NCBI RefSeq assembly: GCF_018977255.1
Contig: NW_024704764.1
Location: 7,192,001-7,256,000 of the forward strand
Origin: Callorhinchus milii
Lineage: Eukaryota
Length of the DNA: 64,000 nucleotides
Direction of reading: 5' to 3'
Below, in pieces: positions 24,306-47,700 of this stretch; position 1 is the stretch's first letter; each line of letters opens with the position of its first letter. Made by a program: the position numbers and the translations under genes. Under the pieces are notes generated by a model. The model saw only the letters and a program-made list of their open reading frames with translations, made no database searches and had not been told where the DNA came from.

Positions 24306-33737
<9,432 letters not shown>

Positions 33738-34238
33738 ACATATGAGCTATTGTCAGAGTTCAAGCAAATGTGTGAATTGGGACAATTCCACCAAATACAC
33801 AAGTTCCTGAGCTGATATGTGGCCTCTATACTTAGCTTGTGGTTTATGTTTAAACTTCCTTTTGATAAAAACGAGTGGTAGTTTGGTCCATTAATTACTG
33901 ATTGGTATGTCAGAATATGGCCTTTGTACTAGAGATGGAATATCTGTAATGTCTGCTGTGTAACTTGTATTTACCAATCCCACACCATATACTGCTGCCC
34001 CCAATCTATCTCTAGATAAATGCTCTGGGCAATGCTGTGTTTGAGATGTTAGGCACATCATATGGTTGAAATTGAAGGTGGGAAGAAAGGTTTAGTGTGT
34101 ATAAAGTGTGCTTTATTAACTCAATGCTCTAGTGTTTGCTTTGCTTGGACCCATATCGTGCTGTTTTTGTATTTCTTTATAGGGTGACCATGGTCACCAG
34201 TTAATATATCCGTCGACTTTTGTAAACAGTTTATAGTA

Positions 34239-34244
34239 AATAAA
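34239..34244 (+). terminator. Probable TUBG1 polyadenylation signal
   Basis: First canonical AATAAA about 500 nt after the stop. Confidence 0.55.
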
Positions 34245-36236
34245 GAATTCCCGAAGCTATCAGTTAGGAAAATGCCCCTTTTCCAGAATGAGAGAGTAAA
34301 TGTTGCAGAGGTTGCTCTTTTAGTTGTATAATATGAATTTTAAAGGGGAGGGGAACTTTTGAAAAGGATGTAAAATTAACAGATTAAGTCAGTCAGTCCT
34401 AATTTGCACTATTTCAGCCCTTCTGCAAATTAAACTTAAAAGTTGTGCTAATTTCTGCTACGTTTCTAGTGTGTGGGTCTTTTGTAGCTAGATGTCTCTT
34501 GTTCATGGAAGCTTTTTGGATTTGTCTCACAAACATTATTTAGTAAATATGGAGAAAAATGTAGGGGAATAGATAGTCAGGCCCTGCTCCTGGCCTATGC
34601 TAGTGCTCAATCAAAAGAACTATCAAAGTTTGGGATATTTGCAGAATAGGCATTCAGCACACATTGGTACAATGCACATCTTCACGTTCCTCTTTGATTG
34701 TGCCTATGGCTATCTCCCCTTTCTCCCTGACTTGGTGTCAAACTACACCATTAAGTGATCTGAGACGCTAACCTGAATGAAGGGTGCTACATAAATACAA
34801 GTTATTGTAGGTTTTGATACCCCTGAAGCATGGGATTCTGCATGGGTTAAGACACCTGGCTGACCAAAAAAAAATTATATTTCAAAAGGACTAGCTATGT
34901 TCAGTGTGATTATAGCAAACCTTTTCTCATTTACCTGCTCCTTCTACACAATAACAGTTGGAGACATGGGGTCAACTGATATGTATGGGGATGATTCCCA
35001 AATTGCCAAACTCTGGTTGCAATCCCAATGATGTGCAGTCCACTTGCTTGTCAGACAGTATGGATGAGCATAAACTTTCTACAGCTGAATATGGATAAAA
35101 GAGAAGCTAGCCTCATTAGTTTCTCTCAATGTCTTCTCACCTGCGGCTCCAACTTCGTTAACCTGATCTAAATTGCAGTTAAACGCGATTGGAACAGGCT
35201 GCAAATTCTGGTACAAAATACCTTTAATTCTGACTTTTTACATATTGCACGAGTTGACCTGTACAAAATAGTGCAATGTATGTACATTAAAAGCAAAAGG
35301 AAACTGTGTATTCAGTTAAATAAAGAGCTTTTCCATTACAAACAGTTTAAGACAGTACGCAAGTGTAGGCCCTATGTGAAAGCAAAGCTGCCGGCAGCTT
35401 CAGTCTGCTCTTCGGCTCAGTGTTTCATGAGGCTGCTGCATGTGACATGGTTTCTGTTCCTTCAAAGTGACGGTCTTCTGGCAAATTGTTAATTAATACC
35501 CAACAGTAATTATCAATAAAACTAATTGTCACTGACAAGGTATGCAATATTATTATTGTCCGAGGAAGTACAGGGAAACCGCATTAGTCAGTTGGGTCCA
35601 ATACCTCAGGAGTCAAAAGGCCAACTTCTGTGTCATCTGCTGATCGTATTTCCTCTGTGAAGTGAAGTCAGTAATGCTTCCTGCACATATGCCAGATGTG
35701 ATGTTTCCGTAGATACCAGATAAACTCCAGCACAAAGTTTCACGTACGAACAGAAAGTGTGCAAGGGGATCATAGCCAAGCTGGATCCTGTCCACAATTA
35801 CCAGCAAAGGTCACTGGAATATGATATTTTGGAAGCTCTGTACTCCGTTTATGAACATGGGAAATTTTCTTCTTCTTCAATGCTCTTGGGATCTCAGCTG
35901 TCATTATTGTTTAGAGAATCTTACGTTATACAAAAACGTTACCTTTAGAATTACATTAGAGCGTCCCTTCTGTCTCAGGAAAAAGAAACTTTCTTCCATC
36001 AGAGTGTGGTTCACAAGCGCTTTGAGACGTCTCAAAGATGTGATAAGGCACTATATTATGTCCAACAGGACTATCGGCCTGCAGCCCCATTCGATCAGAG
36101 CACATCGGATAGAATAAATACGGCAACAGGCATTGCTGAGCTGCATACAAAAGCTGTGCAGAGACCCAGAGACCTACTGATGCAGTAGTAATAGGACAGG
36201 TAAGATCCCGGTAAAGAAAGCTGTCTATGTCAGTCC

Positions 36237-36410
36237 TCACCGACGCAGTGTTTCTTCAGTGATGGAACCTCTGTACAGGATATGATGATGGCTGGTAGAT
36301 AGACTGTCTTCTGGGTTTGGTCTAATTCTACAGCCTTCAAACCGAGGATGTGGTCGTTTTCGGACGTTATTGGCCTTGTAGATCTTCATGAGCTGAGAAA
36401 TCTGTTCCAC
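36237..36410 (-). CDS. PLEKHH3: PLEKHH3 exon 13 (stop)
   Basis: [15 protein letters not shown]...EETLRR*. Confidence 0.88.
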   Translation of the reverse strand: MEQISQLMKIYKANNVRKRPHPRFEGCRIRPNPEDSLSTSHHHILYRGSITEETLRR

Positions 36411-39400
36411 CTGAAGAAGAAAAAAGATAATTAAAGCCAGGGTTGTTCTTATGAGGAAAAAAACATTGGCAGTTTCCGCCAAAACACAAACGTGGCAATA
36501 TGATTGTGAGAAGCAATGTGACAAAGTCTACGTAAACTTCAGAAAGAGACTCCTCAACAAAGTGACCTCACTTGATAATCTGGCTAAAGTAGACATGGGG
36601 GAAGCTAAGTTGAAATGGGGGAAGATGTTCAGTGAGTTGCCTCAAGGATGCTGGTCTATATTGCTAAATCAGATCCATTAGAGCCGCTACTCAAAACTAC
36701 ATCATGCACAGTCGTGAGACGGTATATAATCTTAAGATTACCTGGTTTGACTCGAACAAAAAGTCTTTTTTGTCCAGAGCAATTTTAAAGATGTTCTTGT
36801 CCATTGGATGAAATGACGAGATCTGATGGTAGCCAAAGCTCTCAAGCGGGTCAGCATCTCCTTCCTTGTAAAGTGACACAGCCTTTGTATCCAGTGCCAG
36901 CCACAGTCTCTGGACAGACTGCTCCGCAGAGCTCTAACAGCAGAGAACAAGTACAATCATCATATACTTTTACATCAGTTTTCATTCAACAAAGTAATAT
37001 CAGGAAACAATGTATTCTGTATTCACTTCAGACTTTTCTGAGTCGCCTTCACTCTTAATCCTGTTGGCTCCCTTCCCTCCTCGTCCCTCGTCCCATTGCC
37101 CCCTCCTTCCTTATCCCCTACGCCCTCCTAATCCCCCCACTCCTATAATTAGATGCACTCACCACACGTAGACCTACTGGATACACAGTGGCTCCATATG
37201 CGGAGCACTCTCGCACGATGGCAAGGTAAGTAGTCATGCTCTCTTCTCGGTTCATCCCCTGCAGCAGTTTCCAGTGTTCCACTATGGCTGCCATCGTTGA
37301 TGCCATTTCCTCATTGAGTCGAACCTTTAAAAGCTGCTCCTCCTCCAGCTTGTGCTTACCAGCCGAGCTCCCCCACAGGCTGCTCGGGAAACCTCCCGCC
37401 AGGAAGCCGCTCCCTCTTTTAGTGTTTGTGCCATTTGTGGAGAGCATGGTTTTTACCGACTGCAGGACCTGGGACTGGAGGATGTGGACAGGGAAGAGAT
37501 CCTGCAGTCTGGGCAATGGCACGTGGGTGCTGAAATCCTGAATTGTAAATTGCAACCTCAAGGCAGCAAGGGACTGCAAGGTGTCCTGTGATGCAGCGTA
37601 GTAGCCTTTTGTCACCATCTCGTGGGCCTAGATATAAACAAAATACATTTCTGACACACCACTGGAAGTCATTACACGGAGCCCTGGTTCCTAACCACTT
37701 GACTAACCTCATACATCTAAGACTTGGTACCTACCTTGATTGGTATGCAAAGAGGCAGTGCGAATGGAAGATCAGAATCAAGTCGATCTTCTGTAGCAGA
37801 CTCAGAAATGAGGGGCGCATAGTGACTGGGAAAACAGGAGATGGAGGGCAAGAGGGGGGGAAAGAGAGGTTTGGGGCAAGGGATAGTGAGCTCGCAGGTC
37901 AGGGCGGCAGCCAAATGCACACACAAAGACAAAGCAGAGGATTAATAGGCACGGTCAGACCAGTGGGAGAATGAGTGAAAAGTAGGGTAGACAGCGATGG
38001 GTTTTGAGAGAGTCGTACTTTTCTTGTTGTTTACCTAACAAGAACATAAATGTTAAGAACATAAATGCAAGTGTTGCCACAGAAGCTTAAAAAAGTAGAA
38101 TATTACAGGATATGATGTGGGAGCAAGCAGACAAATGGAATTAGACTAAGAGGAAAACATGATGGCCCTACATGTCTCTTTGTACACATACCTGGCAGTA
38201 TGTATATTGCCGTTATTGGCAATGTTGGAGCCGGAAACATAATAATAATATGCTCTAAAGCCATTGATCAATACCTGCTCCAACAGGAAGCTGAACTCCA
38301 CGCTCTCCTTTGGAACGATATCCTGATCCAGCACACAGTAGAGTTTGAAGTGAAGCTTCCCTTGCTTTTCCGGCTCCTCTTCATTGGAATTAAGACTAGG
38401 AAAGTAAAGTGAGAAAACACACTTATTTATGAACTAATGTTTCGCCCACAAAACATACAGTCGATTCACTCTACAGTACATATTCCTGGAAGCGCTTTGA
38501 GATGTCTCGAAGATGTGATGAGGTGAAGCGCTATATCAAGTGCAAGGATTATTATTAATGTGGACTGAGCCCAAGCTGAGTGGCAATACTGCATACGAGT
38601 AAGAGAGTAGAATATTCCTCACTAACACTTTTCTCGGAGTCACGACTTTGAGAGTATTTGAAGCACATTTACTTTTCAAACCTGCTGAGGATATCGGCCA
38701 CAACAGCGCTGCTCGCTATGAGATGCTCCTCACCACCACACTGCTGAAATAGAGCAAAGATGTTGCGGCTATCCCCAAGCCCGAATCTCCCAATCAACTG
38801 CTTCACCACCTACAAATTAACACAGGCAATTCATTGATGAGTCATGGCTGTCTTGATATTGCAAAAGGGCGAGACGTTGAGCAAGTTTCCTTACTCCACT
38901 CACACCTCTGTTTACCTAGCAGTAAGTAGGAACCGGTCATCAGTCGATTGGCGGATCGCTTTTCCGGTGGATAATAATCCCCTCAAAATAATAATAATTT
39001 GATCGCTCAATCCACGACTGTTTGTGGGGACACTGCTGTGCGCAATTGGCTGCCGCGTTTCGATTCACTTTACAGTATATTCTGTCAAGCGCTTTGAGAC
39101 GTCCAGAAGATGTGAAAAAGCGCTGTATCAAATGCAAGGATTGGTATTATTATAAAGCGGCTGCCATGCTTGCTTTAAAATATTACGGTTTCTATACTTG
39201 ACAACGATTACCTGTGATGGGTTTTGAGCTCTCTTTGTTAAAGGCTCTATCAAATGTGAGGATTAAGTTAAACAGTGCAGCTGTCTTTACAGCACAAGTT
39301 TGATTAAAACATAGTTTAAATTTACAGTCGGCCTGCTCACTTCCTGACAATGATTCTACAGTAAAGGCGCAGGAATATCAGGAACTGTGGCAGAGTGAGA

Positions 39401-42400
39401 AAATTAGAAGAAAATATAGTTTTTAAAAAATAAACGATTGTTACGATTGATTGATGATTATTCACCGGCAGTTGCCCGGAGTGACATGAATGATTCACAC
39501 GCCATTCGGAAAGCCAACAGTCGACGTTGATGATTTTATATATATATATTCATTATCACAGAGCTCCAGCTGTGGGCATCAAAGCACTGGCCATTCCACA
39601 CACTTCAGCGAATTCAGATCCAGACAAGATTGGGCAACTTGGCTGATACCATCGCCCACAAAAACCAATTAATAGAGCTTTTAACCCAGTCCCTGCATTT
39701 TACAGTAAATCCGGTCACCACATTTTACAGTAAATCCTGTGAACTGCTTTGGCAGTGACGTGAAAAGCGCTCTGCTAAAGGCAAGGATTATTACTGAAGA
39801 TGGAGGTCAGTACGATTATGTTCAGTCTCTTACCTCCCCCGCTGTTGTATGTGAGCCGATAGCGATGCTGCAGGTGCCAGCACCCGCGCAGTGAACGGTG
39901 CAGCTCACTTGCTGCCTCCGCGTCAGAGCCCGGATCTCGGCCCAGGACGGCACACATTCCCGCGCCCTGCTCCTCCTCAGCAAGTCGGTGATGAATTCCG
40001 CATACTTGTCCATTTCGCTTCCCGGAAACAGAGCCCGTTGTCTGAGAAAGAAAAGCAGAGAAGCATCAGACACGATGCTTGCCTCCAATGATAACAACAA
40101 CAGCAACTTGCATGTATATCGCGCCCTTCAAGCAGGGTAGCGCGCACACACACAGCAGACTTCAGACACTATTGTATTGCTATTTCTGGAGCTGTAGCAA
40201 GAGGCCATGGACTAATATGGCAACACTGAGGGACTGTATTGTTAAAGTGTGATAAGGCACAGAAATATGCCTTTTGGCACAATGGTCCATTCCAGTGTTT
40301 AGATTTCACACAAGACTCTCACGCCTCCTCGTCCTCCTCCTATTCCAACTATATTTCTTTATTCCCTTCTCCCTCACGTGATTGTGTCAGGCCAATAGCT
40401 GTTGAACTGCTATGAGTCAGACAGTCACACATGGAGAGATGATCAGCCAACGCTGGAAGTGAAGGATCTCAGTGCTGGGATCCCGAATTCTCATCAAACA
40501 GGTTATTTGGGGCGGTTTGCATCAAGGTATCCAGTGGAGATAATAATAATCCTTGCATTTGATATAGCACCTTATCACATCTTCAAGACGTCTCAAGGCG
40601 CTTCACGGAATATACCATAAAGTGAATAGGCTGTATGTTGTGTTCCTACTTATTGCTAGGTAAACAGAGGCATGTGTGGTAACGAAACGTGCCCAAAGTT
40701 TTGCCATGCCCAGGAATCGAACCCAGTCCTCGTGCTTACAAGGTGAGTGCTCTAACCACTGATGTTACTGCAGGTCAATTGGCACCTTACTTAGTGGATG
40801 CTCACTGGGGCTTACCGTGCGAGATGGAAGTGGAGGTGTCTGAGGATAGCGGAGCTTGGATGGAATGTAACGGCCATACAGGTGAGAAGCTGCCAGTACC
40901 GCAGGTCCCTGGTACCCCCGGGTTCCAGGGGGCTGGTGGTCTGTTTGACCAGCTGACAGTACATCTCGTCTCGGAGTTGCCGCAGCTCCAGCCCGGTTTG
41001 CAGGACTCCCTGGATCAGGGGCACAGGCTCTCGTTGCACCTCCAACTGTTGCAACGAATTGAAGATCTTGACAGCTTCATCCTGCAGAGTCGTTGAACCA
41101 CTCGTGTTTTGAACTGGAAATAAAATATGAAAAAAAAATGAGATCCAGCACTTTTAAACCCTCCTTCCTTCCTATGTTCAGAGCTCCACACCGCAGAAGC
41201 CCACGTTCAGATTGCAAGTCCTGGATGAACGTTAAAACTCCTCCAACTGTATGTCGACAAGCCTGAAGCTTGCGTAAGGAAGTTACAAAAGGGCGGAGGG
41301 GGAGTAAATAGTAAATAAGAAACAAGGGCATTGCATATTTATTCTATCCTATGTTTCGAGATGCATGAAAAGTGAAATATCAAAGGAACAAACAGGATTA
41401 CATTAAATGGATCAGGTGGAGAAAAACACTAGTGCAGACTTGAAATACCAGTGTTAATCATCACAATCAGATCTCACATTTTTCTCCTATTGTCTCTTAT
41501 CTCCACACATCTCCTGCACATTGCTAGGAGATGGAGAGGTCAATGCCGTACTTACAGTTGTGTGTCACAGGTCCGTAAGGGAACGGTAGCAGAGGCGCAT
41601 AGAGTGGTTTCTGCGTGTACTGGAGGATGGGGTTGGAATTGTAGATATGTTCAAGTAGTTCTGGATTGCAGCGGCACTCCTGAACACAATAAAAAACAAA
41701 CAGAACCGGAATTAACTCCACGCAGCCAGCTCCTCCATGGCCTCAACGTTCACATTTTCTAAAGGGTTAAGAGTTACAGCAGCTGAAAACCTATCACTTT
41801 AAGAGAAAAATATTTAATAAGTACAAGGTGACTAAAAAGTCGCATTTTTCAATTATCCGATTATCTAAAACAAAAAAAATTTCTTTAAGACTTATTTGGC
41901 ACTGTAATGGTATCACAACTCTTTGGTCACCCAATACGACGACAAATTTAACGTTGATCTAGCGCCTTTCACGTCAGGAGGACGTTCCGAGGCGCTGGAC
42001 AGTTGAGGGTTTGCATGAGCGAGCGGTGTGGAGCTCTGAACATAGGAAGGAAGGAGGCTACCAACTGACCGCGAAATAGCCGCTGTCCACACATCTTAAT
42101 GCCACACGAGAACCAGAAGTAACAAGAATGCGATTCAAAGAGACTTAGTACCTGGATGTCATGTAACAGCAGCTGTGTGGGGGTGTCCACTGGGGCTTTG
42201 CTGTCAATGACGCTTTGGATGGCACTGGCCCATTGCATGGCCTCATTCAGGTGTTTGCTGTACAGTCGGTATTGGAGCCGTCGGCCGTGCACAGTCACTC
42301 GCCAATAGCCTGAGAACAACATCCACAGCACGAGACTCGGACACGCTCCAACTCAAAGCGAGACAGTGTTACCGCAAAGCGAATTGACCGTACATTTTGT

Positions 42401-44743
42401 GGGCGAAACGCGGCAACCAGTAGCGCACAGCAGTGTCCCCACAAACAGTCATGGATTGAGCGACCAAATTGTGGATGGAGAGCAACCGGGCAAAAGAGTT
42501 GCTCTGCATTCAGCAAGAGTTGTCTGGGAATGAGATGATGCTAATGGAAAAAGATGCACGGAGTGACGGGAGTGATTAGATTGAATGCGGGGGACGAGAT
42601 TTGAGATGCATCACGCGTGGAGCCAGGCAACAATTGATCGCTCGCGGGTGCCCTGTTCAGAGTCAGATCCCTTTACCTGTCTCCTTGTAGCTGTTCTTAT
42701 CCGGCCATATGACAGAGCACAGACTGGTCAACACCAGCATCCCCAGCCTCTGTGCGTTCAGCTCACCGTTTGTATAATAATCTAGAGAGTCCTGTGTCAG
42801 GACAAACCAGTGCCTGCGGAGCCTGAGCCATGGCGTGGTCCCACGGTGCAGCCAACCTGAGAGAGAGAGAGGGAGAGAGAATTACATTGACATATTATAC
42901 AGCGACCTTCACATAGGATAGAATCTTGGAGCAGAGACATCAGCTGTGCAAACTTCCCTCTGAGAACAGTGGACACTGGACCAGCACTGGCCACACCTCA
43001 GACAAATAAAATGACTCACTTTGTGCTATTTGTCCCAGAATAGCTGCTGAAACAGAACAGAAAGTGCTTCCGTACTTGGCCTTAGGGCAGTCATTCAAAA
43101 TTACTGTTACAAGAGCCTCGTTCCTCATCCCCACTTCTCAGATGTAGGAAATAATGCACATGATGCCCAGCCCTACACCTACACCTACCCTCGATGCCCA
43201 GCCTTGCTGCCTGCCAAACTGCCCGCTGTCAGCCACAAGTCTGCTGCCCGTGAGGGAGAGGACATGAGCTGCAGAGTTCTGGTTGGTTTGCACCTGTTGG
43301 AATAATCTAACCTGGACACTATTACAACAACTTGCATTTATACAGCAATCTACACACAGGGTAGCATCTTGAAGCGCTGAACAATGGCAGAGGTTGACCC
43401 CGAGCTGAGGAGAGAGAGAGAGGAAAGGTGACCGTAGGTAAGGTCAAAAAGTAAAGCCTTCAGGTGCTATCTGAAGACGGGCAAAGAGGTAGCAGAAGGG
43501 GTAAAAATTCCCTGGCCAACAATCCCCAAATAAAAAAAAAAGGGGGAGCCATTAATTTTGCCTCTGTGCGCATATTCACCCACAAAATAGTCACTACACT
43601 GTACAGTAAATCCCGTGAAGCGTTTGCGACATCCTCTCGATGTGGAAGGCACTGTATCAAATGTAAGCATTATTATTACATATTTTTGAGCAACCTGTAT
43701 GTGGTTTTGATGCTTCCTGAATAGCGCAGCAAGCAATCTACACCCAACCCAGACCTTCAGATTAACAAGCATCTGAGCTTTTGGGAGCAGCAGTTTCCTC
43801 TGAATAACATATGCTTTGCCACAGATAAAAGATACTTCGAAGTCTATTTAAAGTAAAAAAAAACTCTCTCATATACTGAACGCAGAGCCAAACAGACCTC
43901 TGCTTCTTTCCCTGCTGATGCTGATGGTAATATCGGTACATACACACAGCTAAGTAATAATCCCTTCAAAAAATAATAAAATATAAATAATACTTTGGTC
44001 ACTTCATCCGCGACTGTTTGTAGGACACTGCTGTGCGCAATTGGCTGCCGCATTTCGCACACAAAATGTACAGTCACTACACTTCACAGTGATACTGTGA
44101 AGTGCTTTGAGACGTCTCGAAGATGTGATGAGGCACTGCATCAAATGGAAGGATTATTATTACAAGCGCAAAACTTTTGTTTCAGTGTCTAAGGGAGTAA
44201 CATTTGGATCGTTCCATATTCAGATAATTGAAATTGAGCAACTGCAAACTGTGTGATGCACCAGATTATTGTGAGGGTCTGTAATGAATTGTGGCCCTAT
44301 ACAAATGTAAGTTGTTACTTGTGGAGCCCTGTAGTTCAGTGGTTAAGCACTCGCCTTAACTGGGTTTGATTCCTGGCAGGGCGAAACGTTGGACAAGTTT
44401 CTTTACTCCTCACGCCTCTGTTTACCTAGCAGTAAGTAGGAACCCTAGTTTTTAGTTAATTGGTGGATCACTTTTCTGGGGGTAATAATTCCTTCAAAAC
44501 AAATAATAAAATGGTCACTTAATCCACAACTGTTTGTGGGGACGCTGCTGTGCACAATTGGTTGCTGCGTTTCGCCCACAAAAAATAGTCAATTCACTTT
44601 ATAGTATATTCTGTGAAACGCTTTGAAACGTCTCAAAGACGTGATAAGGGGCTATATCAAATGCAAGGATTATTATTATTATTTATGGCCATTTAATTTG
44701 TTACCAGCAGCCACCACAATCTTCTCCCACAAGGTCTCAGTCC

Positions 44744-44795
<52 letters not shown>

Positions 44796-47700
44796 CGCTC
44801 TCACCCTGAATGATCACAGGCTTGTCCTCCACGAGGGAAAGCTTTGGTGTCGACCTCTCGATGATCAACTGTCTCATTTCCTCGGGAAGATTTTCTGATC
44901 TGAAAACGAAACTTGGAAGTTGGATAAAAATGGAGAAGGAGTGCGGGGGGGAGGGGTGGGGTCAAGATATCCAGAGGGCGGGGGACAGACAGAGAAAGAG
45001 AAAGGCAGAGAGCGCGCGTGCATAAGAGAACATGCACGAGAGCAAGCCAAGGCATGGGACCCGGGCAGAGACAGGGACAGAAAGTCCCAAGACTGTGGCT
45101 GGCAGCTGGTCTCAATGGGAAGCAACAAACTGAGCTTTGAGTACTTGCCATTTGAGCAGAGTGACTGTCAGGCTGTGCTGCTCGGTTCTGCTCTCTATTG
45201 TGAGAGCCAATGTTTGCATCAGGTGGGGGGGCAGGGATGGGAGGATAGGAAAAATGACCTGCTATGACCTCCTTCCTCCTCCCCATCATGCATGTGAAAA
45301 CAAAATTAAACCTCCCCAGCAAGGGGGAAGGAGTGAGTGGGTGGGTGGGCGGGCGGGTGGGTTGTGTGTGAAAGAATTAAAAACTAGTCTGTGAGAACAT
45401 TAGCAGAGGGGTGGGTTGAATGAAAGTCTTACCTGTCTGGGGTTTGGGAGGTGACCGAGTGAGTCAGGCTCAGATCTGATGAGGCCTGTGGTATATAACA
45501 AGCAAAGATCAGATCAGTACACAAGTCTTTTATCCGAACTGAGATCTGCCGAATGGGGAAGTGAAACATTCCAGTTTTTCCACTCGCACCGAACAGGTTA
45601 AAGAAGGCGAATTGGAGAACAGCACAAAAACTACCCCCAACGTGACACAAAACGTCAATCGATGTTTTTTAACAAAGAAAAGGGCAGCTTCCAAACATTT
45701 AGAAAGTTGTTCGAAAAGCCTGCTGCGTTTATAGCGAAACCACGGACTATCAATTTCAGTCAATTCCTCCTACCTGCATCCAAAGCAGACCTTTTGTTTT
45801 GTTTCGCCCACAAAATACACAGTTAATTCACTTTACAGTAGATTCTGCGAAGCGCTTTTAGATGTCTCGGCGACGCAATAACGCTCCATATCAAATGCAA
45901 GGTTTATTATTATAAAACGACCCCAACCTCACTGCCAATAGTGCTGCCGGGAGAGGCTGGGGAGGAATGTAGTCTCAGCTGGACAAGCAGCAGGGAGCTA
46001 AGTAGACGGTACTTTCAATGGCTTTAGCTGGTTAAACCCCGGCAGGGGGGTAGGGGGTGGGGATGGAGAGGGAATGGGGGCAGCGCAGTTGAGCTGGGGG
46101 ATTCTCTAAGTACAGAGCACCAGCTTTACAAGATCACAAGGTCTCCCCTGCTGCTCGTAACCTGGGATAGTATTTAGTATTTCCTGTGTCTGAGTGGTAA
46201 GTTTACTCAGCACAAACACATGGAGACCCTACACTTGCTGCTGGTAAATGTCTTGTTCTGTCTCTAACAGAGTGCGGTACCCAAATACCCCGTGACTTAC
46301 TGAACCACAGCCTGTCGATATGATGGGGTGACTTAGAAGAGGGTGCGTACAAATGGCCCAGTTTGGCACTGGCATGTCACATCACTTCTAGTCTGTTTAG
46401 CTAATGCTAAAGGAATCCTGTTCATAAAAATGGGATCAATTCATTAAGTGCAGCAAGCAGCAGACTTGCCCAAATGTTTTGCAGGGTTCAACTCTCCCCC
46501 CAACCCCAGACTCTCCCAAGAGCTTCTGCACCTGCTCTGTTAACACACCTTACTCTAACACCCGGGATACAACATGTCATACATGTCATTGTTACGCCAC
46601 ATACATTTTACTTTGGTCAGCCGGGTACCTGCTACATGCAAAAAGCCATCACCGTGCTTAAGAGTATCCCGAATCATACAGAGTTCTACTTTATGCATCA
46701 CGCACAGAAATTTACCTGCATCTCAAATGAACAAGTACTCTTCACCCAGAGGGGCATTTGCCCCTTATCTAATCTCGCAAAGTATTAGGTGAGGTTGGTG
46801 AGAACCAAGGCTTGGAGACTTGAGAAGGACTGGGGTAACTGCTGGAGTTTAACCAACCAAAGCCATTGAAAACACCGTCTGTCAGGCTTCCCACTGCTTG
46901 TCCACACAACTCATTAGAAAGGTACCATATCAGATGCAAGGATTATTATTATTATTATTATTATTATTGGAGCACATACTCCGTTATAGACAAAGGGACA
47001 TTTCTGTGGGTAGATGGAATGTATATGTTGAACTTTCGGTCAGATTTGGATACTCTGAAGAACTGTGAAGGGTTCCCGCAAATGCCTGCATAAATCTATT
47101 CCTTCCTTCCTCTTTCCCTTCAGCCCTGCCTCCCTCGTGCTACCACTTTTTTCATGGTAATGTAGGGCTCACGTTGGCCCTGCCTCTCGTCACTGCCCTT
47201 GGAACACGTATGAAGTACTTATTTGTCAACGCAACTGCCTCAGGAGACCCCTGACTTGCCTTTGTACCACTCTTGCTCCTCATTCTATCCACACACTGGA
47301 TGGCTGGAATGACCCACATTTGCATTATGTGTGTGTGCAGTAACCCCTCTAGTTCCCCATGTGCCACAGCACTTCCTCTTCCTGAATCTCAGTAGTATTC
47401 AGATCAAGTGGATGGAGCTCGAGACACTTGTTGCGAGTGTGCTTCAACCATTCCAGGAACTCCCAATCCAGCAAGATTCATACAACACTGGACGCAGCTG
47501 TCCTCCTATTTTGATGTTTTTAAAACTTTATCTAACTTATACGCTATCCTAACTTCCCAAATTCTTTCTTCGTTGGTTGTACTCTTGCCTCTGGGTCTGA
47601 AGGTTATGATTAAGGTTAAACCCCACATTGGGACCTCAGCTCATTGTCTCGGCTGACACCCCCGGGAAGTTATACTGCTTTGTCCATTAGATAAACCGTT